Positions 40,042-49,239 of a DNA stretch of 64,000 bases are shown piece after piece. Positions within the stretch are counted from its first letter, which is position 1. Every line of letters begins with the position of its first letter. This stretch comes from an uncultured Aminicenantes bacterium (GTDB lineage Bacteria; Acidobacteriota; Aminicenantia; UBA2199), in the NCBI GenBank assembly GCA_965195285.1, contig CBDAFS010000058.1, positions 1 to 64,000 of the forward strand. The letters are read 5' to 3'. Made by a program: the position numbers and the translations under genes. A model generated the notes under the pieces. It had not been told where the DNA came from and did no database searches. It worked only from the letters and a program-made list of their open reading frames with translations.

Positions 40042-40070
40042 TGACACATTCTGACAAATTTGCTATTATT
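40042..40070 (+). promoter_or_regulatory. Sigma70-type promoter of metK
   Basis: TTGACA-N17-TATTAT with TG extension; short leader with SD GGAGG. Confidence 0.55.
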
Positions 40071-40092
40071 TTTTCTCACGCTGGAGGTAATT

Positions 40093-41253
40093 GTGATCAA
40101 AGGAAAATACTTGTTTACATCTGAATCAGTATCTGAAGGTCACCCGGATAAGATCTGTGATCAAATATCAGATGCCATTTTAGATGCCTGTTTGGAACAG
40201 GATCCAGATTCAAGAGTGGCGGTTGAATGCCTGGTAAAGACTGGTGTGGTCGTTGTAGCAGGAGAATTAACCACCAAAGGATATGTGAATATTCCAAATA
40301 TTGTAAGGAAAACCCTGAAAGAAATAGGCTATACAAAGTCTGAGTATGGAATTGAATATAAAACCTGCGGAGTCATGGTTCATATTGAAGAGCAATCCCC
40401 GGATATTTCCATGGGTGTCAGTGAAAATGAAGGACAATACCAGGAGCAGGGAGCAGGTGATCAGGGGATGATGTTTGGTTATGCAACCAATGAAACCAAA
40501 GATTTTATGCCCCTGCCGATTTATCTGGCCCATAAGCTGGTTAAGAAACTGAGCGAAGTCAGAAAAAATGGCGAAATTGCCTATTTGGGCCCTGATGGGA
40601 AATCACAGGTAACCGTTGAGTACGAAAATGGAAAACCGCTGAGAGTAACCACGGTAGTGGCATCCAATCAACATGAAGACGGGCTTTCTCATGACGAAAT
40701 ACAGTCCGATATTATTGAAAAAGTCATAAAGCCGATCTGTGGAAATTGGATTGATTCTGAAACAAGATATTTAGTGAATCCCACTGGAAAATTTGTTCTG
40801 GGTGGCCCTTATGCCGATGCGGGTGTTACTGGCCGAAAGATCATTGTTGATACTTATGGTGGGATGGGAAGGCATGGTGGCGGTGCTTTTTCGGGAAAGG
40901 ATCCATCTAAAGTTGACCGTTCCGCGACCTATCTCTGCAGATATATAGCCAAAAATATTGTGGCAGCCGGTCTGGCCGAAAGGTGTGAAGTTCAGGTTGC
41001 CTATGCTATAGGAGTGGCTGAGCCGATTTCGATCAACGTCAATCTTTTTGATACCGGAAAGTTAAGTGAAGAAAAGATTGTTGGATTTATCAGAGAAGTG
41101 TTTCCCCTGAAACCGGCAGATATTGTCAGGGAGTTGAATTTAAAAAGACCCATATACAGGAAGACAGCTGCATTTGGACATTTCGGAAGAGACACCTTTC
41201 CCTGGGAGCGGCTTGATAAAGTTGATCAATTAAAAAAATTGGCCGCAAATTGA
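40093..41253 (+). CDS. metK: S-adenosylmethionine synthetase
   Basis: [28 protein letters not shown]; GTG start after GGAGG. Confidence 0.97.
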   Translation: MIKGKYLFTSESVSEGHPDKICDQISDAILDACLEQDPDSRVAVECLVKTGVVVVAGELTTKGYVNIPNIVRKTLKEIGYTKSEYGIEYKTCGVMVHIEEQSPDISMGVSENEGQYQEQGAGDQGMMFGYATNETKDFMPLPIYLAHKLVKKLSEVRKNGEIAYLGPDGKSQVTVEYENGKPLRVTTVVASNQHEDGLSHDEIQSDIIEKVIKPICGNWIDSETRYLVNPTGKFVLGGPYADAGVTGRKIIVDTYGGMGRHGGGAFSGKDPSKVDRSATYLCRYIAKNIVAAGLAERCEVQVAYAIGVAEPISINVNLFDTGKLSEEKIVGFIREVFPLKPADIVRELNLKRPIYRKTAAFGHFGRDTFPWERLDKVDQLKKLAAN

Positions 41254-41313
41254 TTTTTTTCAAAACAATTTCTTATAGAAGGCATACACTTTTAATCAGA
41301 TAATGAGTTTAAT

Positions 41314-42405
41314 ATGAGTAAGGGAAAAATCCTCATCGCTGATGATGAAGTCGATATAAGAGAACTGGTGGGAGATTTTTTGCACTCACAAGGATACGAA
41401 TGCGTTTTGGCGCATGATGCTTTTGATGCCCTAGAGAAATTTAAGAAACACAATGATTTCGACCTGGTAATGTCTGATATTCGCATGCCGGGGAAAACAG
41501 GCCTTGAACTACTCGATGAAGTTAAATCAATCGATGATGATGTGATTGTAGTGATGATATCCGCAGTGAAGGATATTGAGTCGGCGATTTCGGCAATGTC
41601 CAAGGGGGCATATGATTATGTGTCCAAACCTTTTAAACTGCAGGAAGTGGCCTTGACGGCAAAAAAGGCTATCGAAAAGAGAAAGCTCATTTTGGAAAAC
41701 AAGGAATATCAGAGAGAGCTGGAGCGAAAAGTTGAAGAAAGAACAGTTGAACTCAGAAATGCACTTCAGGAGCTTGATAAAGCCTATAAGTTTACCCTGA
41801 GAGCCATGGTGACAGCCCTGGATACCCGGGATACAGAAACCAGTGGCCATTCCATGAGGGTAGTCAATTATACTCTGAAGTTGGCCAATATTGCGGGTAT
41901 AAAGGATAACGGTAGATTGAAAGTTTTAGAATACGGAGCGATTCTTCATGACATCGGAAAGATTGGAATTCCCGATGCCGTACTGAGAAAACCAGGCAAG
42001 CTTTCCCCGGAAGAATGGAAAATCATGAAAACCCATCCCCTGATCGGATATCAAATATTACACAAGATAAAGTTTTTGGAAGAGATCTCTCTAATCGTAT
42101 TGTATCATCATGAGAAATACAACGGTACCGGGTATCCTAAAGGACTGAAAGGTGATCAAATCCCTCTGGGATCCAGAATATTTACAATCGCGGATTCAAT
42201 CGATGCCATGACTTCTAAAAGACCATACCGGGATGCACTCTCATTTGAGACTGCCACCAGGCAATTAAAGGAGTCTTCGGGAAAGCAATTTGATCCAGAT
42301 TTCATCGATATGTTTTTTTCTGTCGGATTGGATTACTGGAAGCAAGAGAAGGAAAAGATTGATCGGCAGATCATGGAAGATTCGGATATTCATTATTTGG
42401 ACTAA
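41314..42405 (+). CDS. Response regulator with HD-GYP phosphodiesterase output (RpfG-like)
   Basis: REC domain (ADDE, DIRMP, KPF), then HDIGKIGIPD, HHEKYNGTGYP, QFDP. Confidence 0.92.
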   Translation: MSKGKILIADDEVDIRELVGDFLHSQGYECVLAHDAFDALEKFKKHNDFDLVMSDIRMPGKTGLELLDEVKSIDDDVIVVMISAVKDIESAISAMSKGAYDYVSKPFKLQEVALTAKKAIEKRKLILENKEYQRELERKVEERTVELRNALQELDKAYKFTLRAMVTALDTRDTETSGHSMRVVNYTLKLANIAGIKDNGRLKVLEYGAILHDIGKIGIPDAVLRKPGKLSPEEWKIMKTHPLIGYQILHKIKFLEEISLIVLYHHEKYNGTGYPKGLKGDQIPLGSRIFTIADSIDAMTSKRPYRDALSFETATRQLKESSGKQFDPDFIDMFFSVGLDYWKQEKEKIDRQIMEDSDIHYLD

Positions 42406-42944
42406 ATGTTCTGGCCCCAATCTGAATTCCGAGATCGATTTTTAAAAGTGGTATTAATTTCCCTGAATTGAGTTTTTGATTTTATTTTATAAATCAGAGC
42501 ATCTTCAACGGGATTTTGATAGTATTCCTTTCTTGTCCCCTGTTTTTTAAATCCGAATCGTTGATAGAATTGAATGGCCCCCATATTTGATTTTCGTACC
42601 TCAAGATAGATTTCCGGGATTTCGTTTTGACGGGCTTGGTCCAATATGAACTTCATGAGAGCGTGGCCGATTCCCCTTTTTTGGTGCTTGGGGCTGACAG
42701 CAATATGGTGAATTTCAATCAATTTTTCAATCATCCAGAAAATGATATAGCCGACTACTTCACCTGTTTTCTGCATACAGACCACATAAAAATGGGATAT
42801 GGGATTCAATAATTCATCCGCGTATTGTGATTTTTTCATCCCGAAGGGTGTAATTTGATTTTCTATATTAATAATAGAATTCAGGTTTTTATTGCGGGTT
42901 TTTACTATTTTTATCTTGATTTCTTTCAATTTTGGTCTCGGCAT
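42402..42944 (-). CDS. rimI: Ribosomal-protein-alanine N-acetyltransferase
   Basis: IAV.P..Q.RGIG, LEVRKSN..A..FY...GF...G.RK.YY.NP.EDA; follows tsaB. Confidence 0.88.
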   Translation of the reverse strand: MPRPKLKEIKIKIVKTRNKNLNSIINIENQITPFGMKKSQYADELLNPISHFYVVCMQKTGEVVGYIIFWMIEKLIEIHHIAVSPKHQKRGIGHALMKFILDQARQNEIPEIYLEVRKSNMGAIQFYQRFGFKKQGTRKEYYQNPVEDALIYKIKSKTQFREINTTFKNRSRNSDWGQNI

Positions 42945-43623
42945 CAGGCTTTCTTATATAAAATGGTTTTATGGTTTTTAAATCCATATTATAGTTCTGT
43001 GCCAGATATTCCTGAAGAGAAATCCGGCATATTTCGGTTGCAAGGAATGACGAGCGGAAAATTAATTTACTGTTCGGAAAATCTTTTTTTAGGTATTTCT
43101 TGAAAATATCCACTCCGTCACCAATGAAGCGAAAATGATTGAAATTCTTCAATTTGGGTTTTAGATCACTTATGTGAATAAGATCCGGTGCAATGATCTC
43201 TTTTAAAGAACCGTTTGTGAATTCATATCCGCCAATAAAGACCTCATCTCTCTTGGCATTTATCAGGGGAATTAACAATGTATTGGATTGGTTGTATTTA
43301 TAGGCGATGGCTTTCAAGGTAATCACCGGAAGCACTGGCACCTTTTTTCCGTATATGAGTCCCTTCAGGGTTGAAAGACCGATCCGGATTCCAGTAAAAA
43401 CACCGGGTCCGATTCCCACCCCAAAAACGTCAATGTCGGTCAGTTTCAATTTGGCCGTGTTGAGTACGAATTCGATGGCCGGAATTAACATGGAAGAAAG
43501 CTGGTTGTCAGAAACAAAATTGTATTCAGTAATAATCTCAGTTCCCCGTGCAATTGAGATCGAACTATTTTTTGAGGAAGTGTCCAGTGATAAGATGTTT
43601 ATATCGTTTGCTTCATCTTTCAT
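42889..43623 (-). CDS. tsaB: tRNA t6A biosynthesis protein TsaB
   Basis: ILSLDTSS, GIGPGVFTGIRIG, P.YIR.PDAE. Confidence 0.92.
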   Translation of the reverse strand: MKDEANDINILSLDTSSKNSSISIARGTEIITEYNFVSDNQLSSMLIPAIEFVLNTAKLKLTDIDVFGVGIGPGVFTGIRIGLSTLKGLIYGKKVPVLPVITLKAIAYKYNQSNTLLIPLINAKRDEVFIGGYEFTNGSLKEIIAPDLIHISDLKPKLKNFNHFRFIGDGVDIFKKYLKKDFPNSKLIFRSSFLATEICRISLQEYLAQNYNMDLKTIKPFYIRKPDAETKIERNQDKNSKNPQ

Positions 43624-44039
43624 ATATGCTTTTCCATGATGATCTCGCTTCCATGATCGGAGGATTTGAATTCAACCTTATCCATATAACTTTGCATGAT
43701 CAGTATACCTCTGCCCTTGAAAGATAAAATGTCATTGTTTTTAAGTTTCTTGTTTATTTCTTTAAAGTTGACTTCCTGTTTATTTTGATCCCGGATACAA
43801 ATGCGAAGGTGTTTTTTTTTCCAGACGAATTTGACAAACACATTCTTATCCGGATTGGATTTGTTTCCATGCAAAATAGCATTATTTATGACTTCTCTGA
43901 GTGAAATTTCGATTTTGAAAAAGTTTTCTTCGTCTATGCTTAAAAAGTTTTTCAAATAACCCAGAACCAGAACACTGAAGGCAGTAAATTTCAGGTCACT
44001 TATGAACTCAATTGAAATATGATCCTCTTGCTGTCTCAT
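43620..44039 (-). CDS. RsbW-like anti-sigma factor/Ser-Thr kinase (HATPase_c_2)
   Basis: EVINNAILHGNK, GRGILIMQSYMDKV; start moved to ATG 44039, 7 nt after TGaTATACT. Confidence 0.8.
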   Translation of the reverse strand: MRQQEDHISIEFISDLKFTAFSVLVLGYLKNFLSIDEENFFKIEISLREVINNAILHGNKSNPDKNVFVKFVWKKKHLRICIRDQNKQEVNFKEINKKLKNNDILSFKGRGILIMQSYMDKVEFKSSDHGSEIIMEKHI

Positions 44040-44122
44040 TACTGGAAGTATATCAAAGAAAATGCTTTTTTTCCACACTTAATGAAATTACCAACCCGGT
44101 TCAATTGTGTTATAATCTCAAA
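44040..44122. promoter_or_regulatory. Divergent extended -10 promoters (rsbW-like and mutS)
   Basis: Minus strand TGaTATACT (hexamer 44052-44047); plus strand TGtTATAAT (hexamer 44111-44116). Confidence 0.6.
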
Positions 44123-46762
44123 ATGGAAACCCCAACTGTCACCCCCATGCTCAAGCAGTATTTTCAGATAAAAAAGCAGTATCCGGATGCTATTTTATTT
44201 TTCAGAATGGGTGATTTTTATGAAATGTTTTTTGATGATGCCCGGGTGGCTGCTCCAATATTGGAAGTTGTACTCACCAGCCGGAATAAGAACAAAAAGG
44301 ATTCAGTGCCCTTGTGTGGTATTCCCTATCATGCCCGGGATAATTATGCCCTGAAGTTACTGAGAAAGGGTTACAAGGTGGCAATTTGTGACCAGGTTGA
44401 AGATCCCGCTTTATCAAAAGGTATTGTGAAGAGGGAGGTCACGCGTGTTCTAACTCCGGCCACCGCCCTGGAGATTGAGATTGGTGGTTCTGAATTAAAT
44501 AGTTTTGTGGTTTCAATTTTCCAAAAGGATGACATTATTTCCATTGCTTCTATTGATATTTCGGCTTCTGATTTTGAGGTGAGACGCTTTGATATCTCCC
44601 GTTTTGATCTGTTTTTAAATGAATTTTACAAGAAATTCCCCCGGGAATTGGTTGTGGCGGAGAGTTATATGAAGCAACTGGATAAAATATGCGGATTTTT
44701 CCCTGAAATTTCCAATATATTGGTTAATGAGTTGCCGGACTTTGAATTCAATAACCTGGAATGTGAACACATATTAAAGGATCACTTTGGACTCGAAACC
44801 ATCGAGGGGCTGGGATTAAAGGGAGATGAATCTTCGGTAATTGCTGCCGGTGTTCTGCTGAAGTATCTTCGATCGGTCCGAAAAACAGCGCTGAAGAATA
44901 TCTCAACCATAAAATTTATTCCGGATGAGAACCATCTTATCCTTGATTCAATTTCCTTTAAAAACCTTGAAATATTATTGAATTTAAGATCAGGATTAAA
45001 AACGGGAAGTTTGTTCGGTGCCATTGATTTTTCCCTTACCCTGATGGGGAAGCGATTGCTGAAAAAATGGTTGTCATATCCCTTGATTGAAAAAAAGGAG
45101 ATTATCAGGAGACTCGATGGTGTTGATGAACTTTTACACAATTTGATTGCCCGGACAGAGGTCAGGAAAATACTGAAGGACTTCAGTGACCTGGCCAAAT
45201 TGAATTCAAAGATCTCATTGAATATTGTATTGCCATTGCATTTGTTAAAATTAAAAGAAACATTGCTGCTCCTTCCCGGACTTAAGAATGAAATAGAAAA
45301 TATGAGTTCGGAAATCCTGAAGTCATGCCAAACCGGGATAAAACCACTTGAGAATGTGGTTGAACTGATCGCTGAGGCCATAATGGATGATCCTTCCAAT
45401 AATCTGAACGAAGGAAACTTTATTAAACCGGGATATAATAAAAAACTCGATGAGTTGAGGAATATCAGCCGCAATGCCAAGGAAATTGTCTCAGCCATGG
45501 AAAATACCGAAAAGGAACAAACCGGTATTCCCTCGCTTAAAATAAAATATAATAAAATCTTCGGATACTTCATCGAGGTGACCAAAACCCATTTGAAATT
45601 GATTCCCCCCCGCTATATCAGGAAACAGACATTGGTTAATTCCGAGAGATTCATTACCGAGGAGTTAAAGGATTTAGAGGATAAAATCTTAAAAGCAGAA
45701 GAAGAAATCATTCAGATAGAAAAAAGGTTGTTCAACGAGCTTATTGAGGGAATTCAATTGTTTTCACCGGATTTAAATGAAAATTCAAATCTAATTGCCT
45801 TGCTGGATGTTCTGGCTGCCGGAGCTGAACTGGCCCAAAAGAGGGATTTTTCCAGGCCTGAGATTCATAATGGGAGTGAAATAGAAATCAAGGAGGGTCG
45901 ACATCCGGTGGTTGAAATGAACTCTGAAAAGGGATTCATTCCCAATGATACACTCTTGAATGCGAAATCCAATCAGATTTTGATTATAACCGGTCCCAAT
46001 ATGGGGGGGAAGTCTACTTATTTAAGGCAGAATGCCCTGATTGTGATTCTGGCCCAGATTGGTTATTTTATTCCGGCTGAAAGAGCATCCATTGGGATAT
46101 GTGACCGGATTTTTACTCGAATCGGGGCCTCCGATTCATTAATTGAAGGCAAATCCACATTTCTGGTTGAAATGATTGAAACTTCGATTATTCTCAATAA
46201 TACCACACCCAAATCATTGATCTTATTGGATGAGATCGGCAGGGGAACTTCAACCTTTGATGGTTTATCCATTGCCTGGGCCGTTATTGAATATTTGCAT
46301 TCCATCAATGAAAAGCCCAAAACCCTGTTTGCGACTCATTACCATGAGCTTACCGAGCTATCGGATGTTCTGGAAAGGGTAAAAAACTACCATATCACGG
46401 TCAGGGAATGGCAGGACAATGTGGTTTTCCTGCATAAAATTGTAGCCGGGGCCTCTGATCAGAGTTTTGGAATTCATGTGGCCAAAATCGCCGGTATTCC
46501 CGAACCGGTCATTGAACGATCAAAAGAGGTTTTGTTGAATCTGGAAAAAAAAGAATTCAACCGCTTGGTCAAGGAGAGGATTTCTGGAAAAATAAAAAAA
46601 TTATCGGGAATGCCACAGAATCTTTTTGCAGAGGATGCCGAGCTCAAAGTGTGGGATGAGATCCGGGAAAAATTAAAGGAAGTGGATATAACCCGAATTA
46701 CACCTCTTGAAGCCCTCAATATTCTCCATTTTTTAAAACAAAGAAGTGAGAATTTGAAATAA
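44123..46762 (+). CDS. mutS: DNA mismatch repair protein MutS
   Basis: TPMLKQY, FRMGDFYEMF, TGPNMGGKSTY, DEIGRGTSTFDG, FATHYHEL; start ATG 44123. Confidence 0.97.
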   Translation: METPTVTPMLKQYFQIKKQYPDAILFFRMGDFYEMFFDDARVAAPILEVVLTSRNKNKKDSVPLCGIPYHARDNYALKLLRKGYKVAICDQVEDPALSKGIVKREVTRVLTPATALEIEIGGSELNSFVVSIFQKDDIISIASIDISASDFEVRRFDISRFDLFLNEFYKKFPRELVVAESYMKQLDKICGFFPEISNILVNELPDFEFNNLECEHILKDHFGLETIEGLGLKGDESSVIAAGVLLKYLRSVRKTALKNISTIKFIPDENHLILDSISFKNLEILLNLRSGLKTGSLFGAIDFSLTLMGKRLLKKWLSYPLIEKKEIIRRLDGVDELLHNLIARTEVRKILKDFSDLAKLNSKISLNIVLPLHLLKLKETLLLLPGLKNEIENMSSEILKSCQTGIKPLENVVELIAEAIMDDPSNNLNEGNFIKPGYNKKLDELRNISRNAKEIVSAMENTEKEQTGIPSLKIKYNKIFGYFIEVTKTHLKLIPPRYIRKQTLVNSERFITEELKDLEDKILKAEEEIIQIEKRLFNELIEGIQLFSPDLNENSNLIALLDVLAAGAELAQKRDFSRPEIHNGSEIEIKEGRHPVVEMNSEKGFIPNDTLLNAKSNQILIITGPNMGGKSTYLRQNALIVILAQIGYFIPAERASIGICDRIFTRIGASDSLIEGKSTFLVEMIETSIILNNTTPKSLILLDEIGRGTSTFDGLSIAWAVIEYLHSINEKPKTLFATHYHELTELSDVLERVKNYHITVREWQDNVVFLHKIVAGASDQSFGIHVAKIAGIPEPVIERSKEVLLNLEKKEFNRLVKERISGKIKKLSGMPQNLFAEDAELKVWDEIREKLKEVDITRITPLEALNILHFLKQRSENLK

Positions 46763-46770
46763 AGATCTGT

Positions 46771-48195
46771 TTAATAGCGATAGTGCTCGGGTTTGTATGG
46801 CCCCTCAATTGGAATTCCGAGGTATTCGGATTGTTTTTCACTGAGGCGGGTTAATTTCGCATTCAAGAGCCCCAGGTGTAATCGAGCTACTTCTTCATCC
46901 AGAATTTTGGAGAGGGTGTAAACTTTTTTTTCATGTTCCCGGGTTGCCAATTCAATTTGAGCCAGGCATTGATTGGTAAAGCTTGAGCTCATCACAAAAC
47001 TGGGATGCCCGGTTGCGCAACCCAGATTGACCAGTCGACCTTCGGCCAGTACAATAATGGATCGTCCTGATTCAAGTGTCCACTTGTCTACCTGAGGTTT
47101 GATATTCAGCTTCTTACAATTTTTATTTTCAAGCAGATAGCTCATCTCAATTTCACTATCAAAATGGCCGATATTACAAACGATGGCACCTTCCTTCATT
47201 TGTTCCATGTGCGTACCCCGGATGACATGCCAGTTTCCGGTGGCAGTCACAAAAATATCTGCCTTGTCCACAACATCCTCGAGTCTTACTACGGGATATC
47301 CTTCCATGGCAGCCTGCAGAGCGCAGATCGGGTCAATTTCGGTGATATATACTTGGGCTCCGAAGTTTTTCAGGGATTGTGCACTTCCTTTGCCAACGTC
47401 ACCGTACCCGCAAACCACAGCTTTTTTGCCGGCCAGCATAATATCGGTTGCGCGCTTTATGCCATCGGTCAGAGATTCCCGGCATCCATAGAGGTTGTCG
47501 AATTTGGATTTGGTTACCGAATCATTGACATTAATGGCCGGAAAAAGAAGTAAACCATCCTTAGCCAGTTGATAAAGGCGGTTGACCCCGGTCGTGGTCT
47601 CTTCTGAAACGCCTCGGATTTGAGAAGATATTTTGCTCCAGTGCCGGTCATCTTTTTCCAGGACCGATCGAATCCGTTGCATTAACATTTGAAATTCCTG
47701 ATGTTCATAGGTTTTGGTCAATAAAGATGGGTCTTTTTCCGCTTTTACCCCTTCATGAAGCAGAAGTGTGGCATCTCCGCCATCATCGACAATAAGGTTG
47801 GGTCCGGAACCATCCGGCCAGGTCAGGGCCTGCTCGGTACACCACCAGTACTCCTCCAGGGTTTCCCCCTTCCAGGCAAAGACCGCAGCTGTTCCGGCTT
47901 CGGCAATGGCCGCGGCTGCATGGTCCTGGGTTGAGAATATATTGCATGAAGCCCATCTGATATCTGCCCCCAGTTCTACCAGAGTCTCGATTAGCATAGC
48001 GGTTTGGATGGTCATATGAAGGCTTCCGGTTATTTTTATGCCTTTTAAAGGTTTTTGAAGACCGTACTTTTCTCGAATCGCCATCAAGCCGGGCATTTCG
48101 ACCTCGGCAAGTTTCATTTCTTCCCGGCCCCATTTGGCCAGGGAGATGTCAGCAATTTTGTACTTTAACGTTAAATCAAGTTTTATTATATCCAT
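46771..48195 (-). CDS. ahcY: Adenosylhomocysteinase
   Basis: [53 protein letters not shown]. Confidence 0.97.
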   Translation of the reverse strand: MDIIKLDLTLKYKIADISLAKWGREEMKLAEVEMPGLMAIREKYGLQKPLKGIKITGSLHMTIQTAMLIETLVELGADIRWASCNIFSTQDHAAAAIAEAGTAAVFAWKGETLEEYWWCTEQALTWPDGSGPNLIVDDGGDATLLLHEGVKAEKDPSLLTKTYEHQEFQMLMQRIRSVLEKDDRHWSKISSQIRGVSEETTTGVNRLYQLAKDGLLLFPAINVNDSVTKSKFDNLYGCRESLTDGIKRATDIMLAGKKAVVCGYGDVGKGSAQSLKNFGAQVYITEIDPICALQAAMEGYPVVRLEDVVDKADIFVTATGNWHVIRGTHMEQMKEGAIVCNIGHFDSEIEMSYLLENKNCKKLNIKPQVDKWTLESGRSIIVLAEGRLVNLGCATGHPSFVMSSSFTNQCLAQIELATREHEKKVYTLSKILDEEVARLHLGLLNAKLTRLSEKQSEYLGIPIEGPYKPEHYRY

Positions 48196-48218
48196 AATTT
48201 ATCTCCTTATAACTATAC

Positions 48219-49145
48219 TTAGATTTGGTTTCGTTTTTTTTTCGAACAAATCATGATTCCCTTTAATCCTTTCTTTAAATTGAAGTAATCAACTTTCATT
48301 ATTGAAAATCCGGTTTTATTCAACCATTCTCTGATTTCAGGTTCAGAGAAACCCAACCAGCGATCGCCATATTTCAGGCGCAGGTTCTCAAGCCTGTGTT
48401 TGAGAAAATCCACAATGATAAATTGACTGTTTGAGTTCAAAATGCGGTTGACTTCTTTGAATGAAACCAATGGAGAAGGCAAGTGGTGAAGGACCATATT
48501 GATGATGACCAGATCTGCTTCGCGGTTACCCAGAGGAAGATGCTCGATTTCTCCTATTCGTAAGTCGATATTCGATTTTTCTTTTAAAAATCGTTTGCGT
48601 GCTTCCTCCAGCATCTTTGGGGATTTGTCCACACCGATCACCCGATCAGAGACCTTTTTCAGATCAACCAGTAGATCTCCTGTGCCGCAGCCCAAATCCA
48701 CAACTGTCCGTGAAACCGGAATTTGATTCAGTATATATTCATTTAGTCTAAAATCTCCGAAAATTTCTGACTTTAATTGCTGCCAGTCTTCAGCAATTGA
48801 ATCGAAAAATCGGGTGGTTTCCTTTGACCGCTTTTCGATTACCCGTTTAGCGGCCGATAGATCAGCCAGAAAAATATCCTCATCCTTGAAAAAATACCTG
48901 GTAGATTCAATAAATTTTGAGCCCGGTCCCTCTCTGCTGACTGAATAAAATGACCAGAGCCCGTCACGACGAAAGGTCAATAATAAATGATCAGTCAATA
49001 TTTTCAAATGTCTGGAAATTCGGGATTGGCCCATGTTCAATATTTCAACGATTTCATTCACATTTAATTCATAGTGGGAGAGCAGATTAATTATACGTAG
49101 TCGGGTTTCGTCGGCAAGTGCCTTGAAGTAGTTATCCGGTTTCAC
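48219..49145 (-). CDS. sahR: ArsR-HTH + SAM-binding methyltransferase-fold regulator (SahR-like)
   Basis: FKALADETRLRI...QSRISRHLKIL HTH; DLGCGTG domain; directly upstream of ahcY. The true start is probably GTG 49145, because the tracked TTG start is the -35 box. Confidence 0.88.
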   Translation of the reverse strand: MKPDNYFKALADETRLRIINLLSHYELNVNEIVEILNMGQSRISRHLKILTDHLLLTFRRDGLWSFYSVSREGPGSKFIESTRYFFKDEDIFLADLSAAKRVIEKRSKETTRFFDSIAEDWQQLKSEIFGDFRLNEYILNQIPVSRTVVDLGCGTGDLLVDLKKVSDRVIGVDKSPKMLEEARKRFLKEKSNIDLRIGEIEHLPLGNREADLVIINMVLHHLPSPLVSFKEVNRILNSNSQFIIVDFLKHRLENLRLKYGDRWLGFSEPEIREWLNKTGFSIMKVDYFNLKKGLKGIMICSKKKRNQI

Positions 49146-49152
49146 ATTTATG

Positions 49153-49181
49153 AGTATATCAAGATATACGGATATTGTCAA
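49153..49181 (-). promoter_or_regulatory. sahR-ahcY promoter with overlapping palindromic operator
   Basis: Minus strand TTGACA-N17-TATACT; imperfect palindrome ATATCAAGATATACGGATAT at 49156-49175. Confidence 0.75.
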
Positions 49182-49204
49182 TGAAAATTGTTTCTCAATC
49201 GTTA

Positions 49205-49233
49205 TTTACTAATTTAAAAATCTTTCTTATAAT
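49205..49233 (+). promoter_or_regulatory. ligA promoter (leaderless geometry)
   Basis: TTTACT-N17-TATAAT, then 6 nt to GTG 49240. Confidence 0.6.
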
Positions 49234-49239
49234 ACAATA

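Noticed and set aside
39983-40092. SAM riboswitch or SahR box upstream of metK
   Set aside because: The predicted leader is only about 15-20 nt, and similarity of the promoter spacer to the sahR palindrome is largely explained by the shared extended -10 (TTGnTAT).
44782-45585. 267-aa antisense ORF inside mutS (and the many other short antisense or alternate-frame ORFs in the track)
   Set aside because: These are shadow ORFs opposite well-supported genes, with no recognisable motifs or translation signals.
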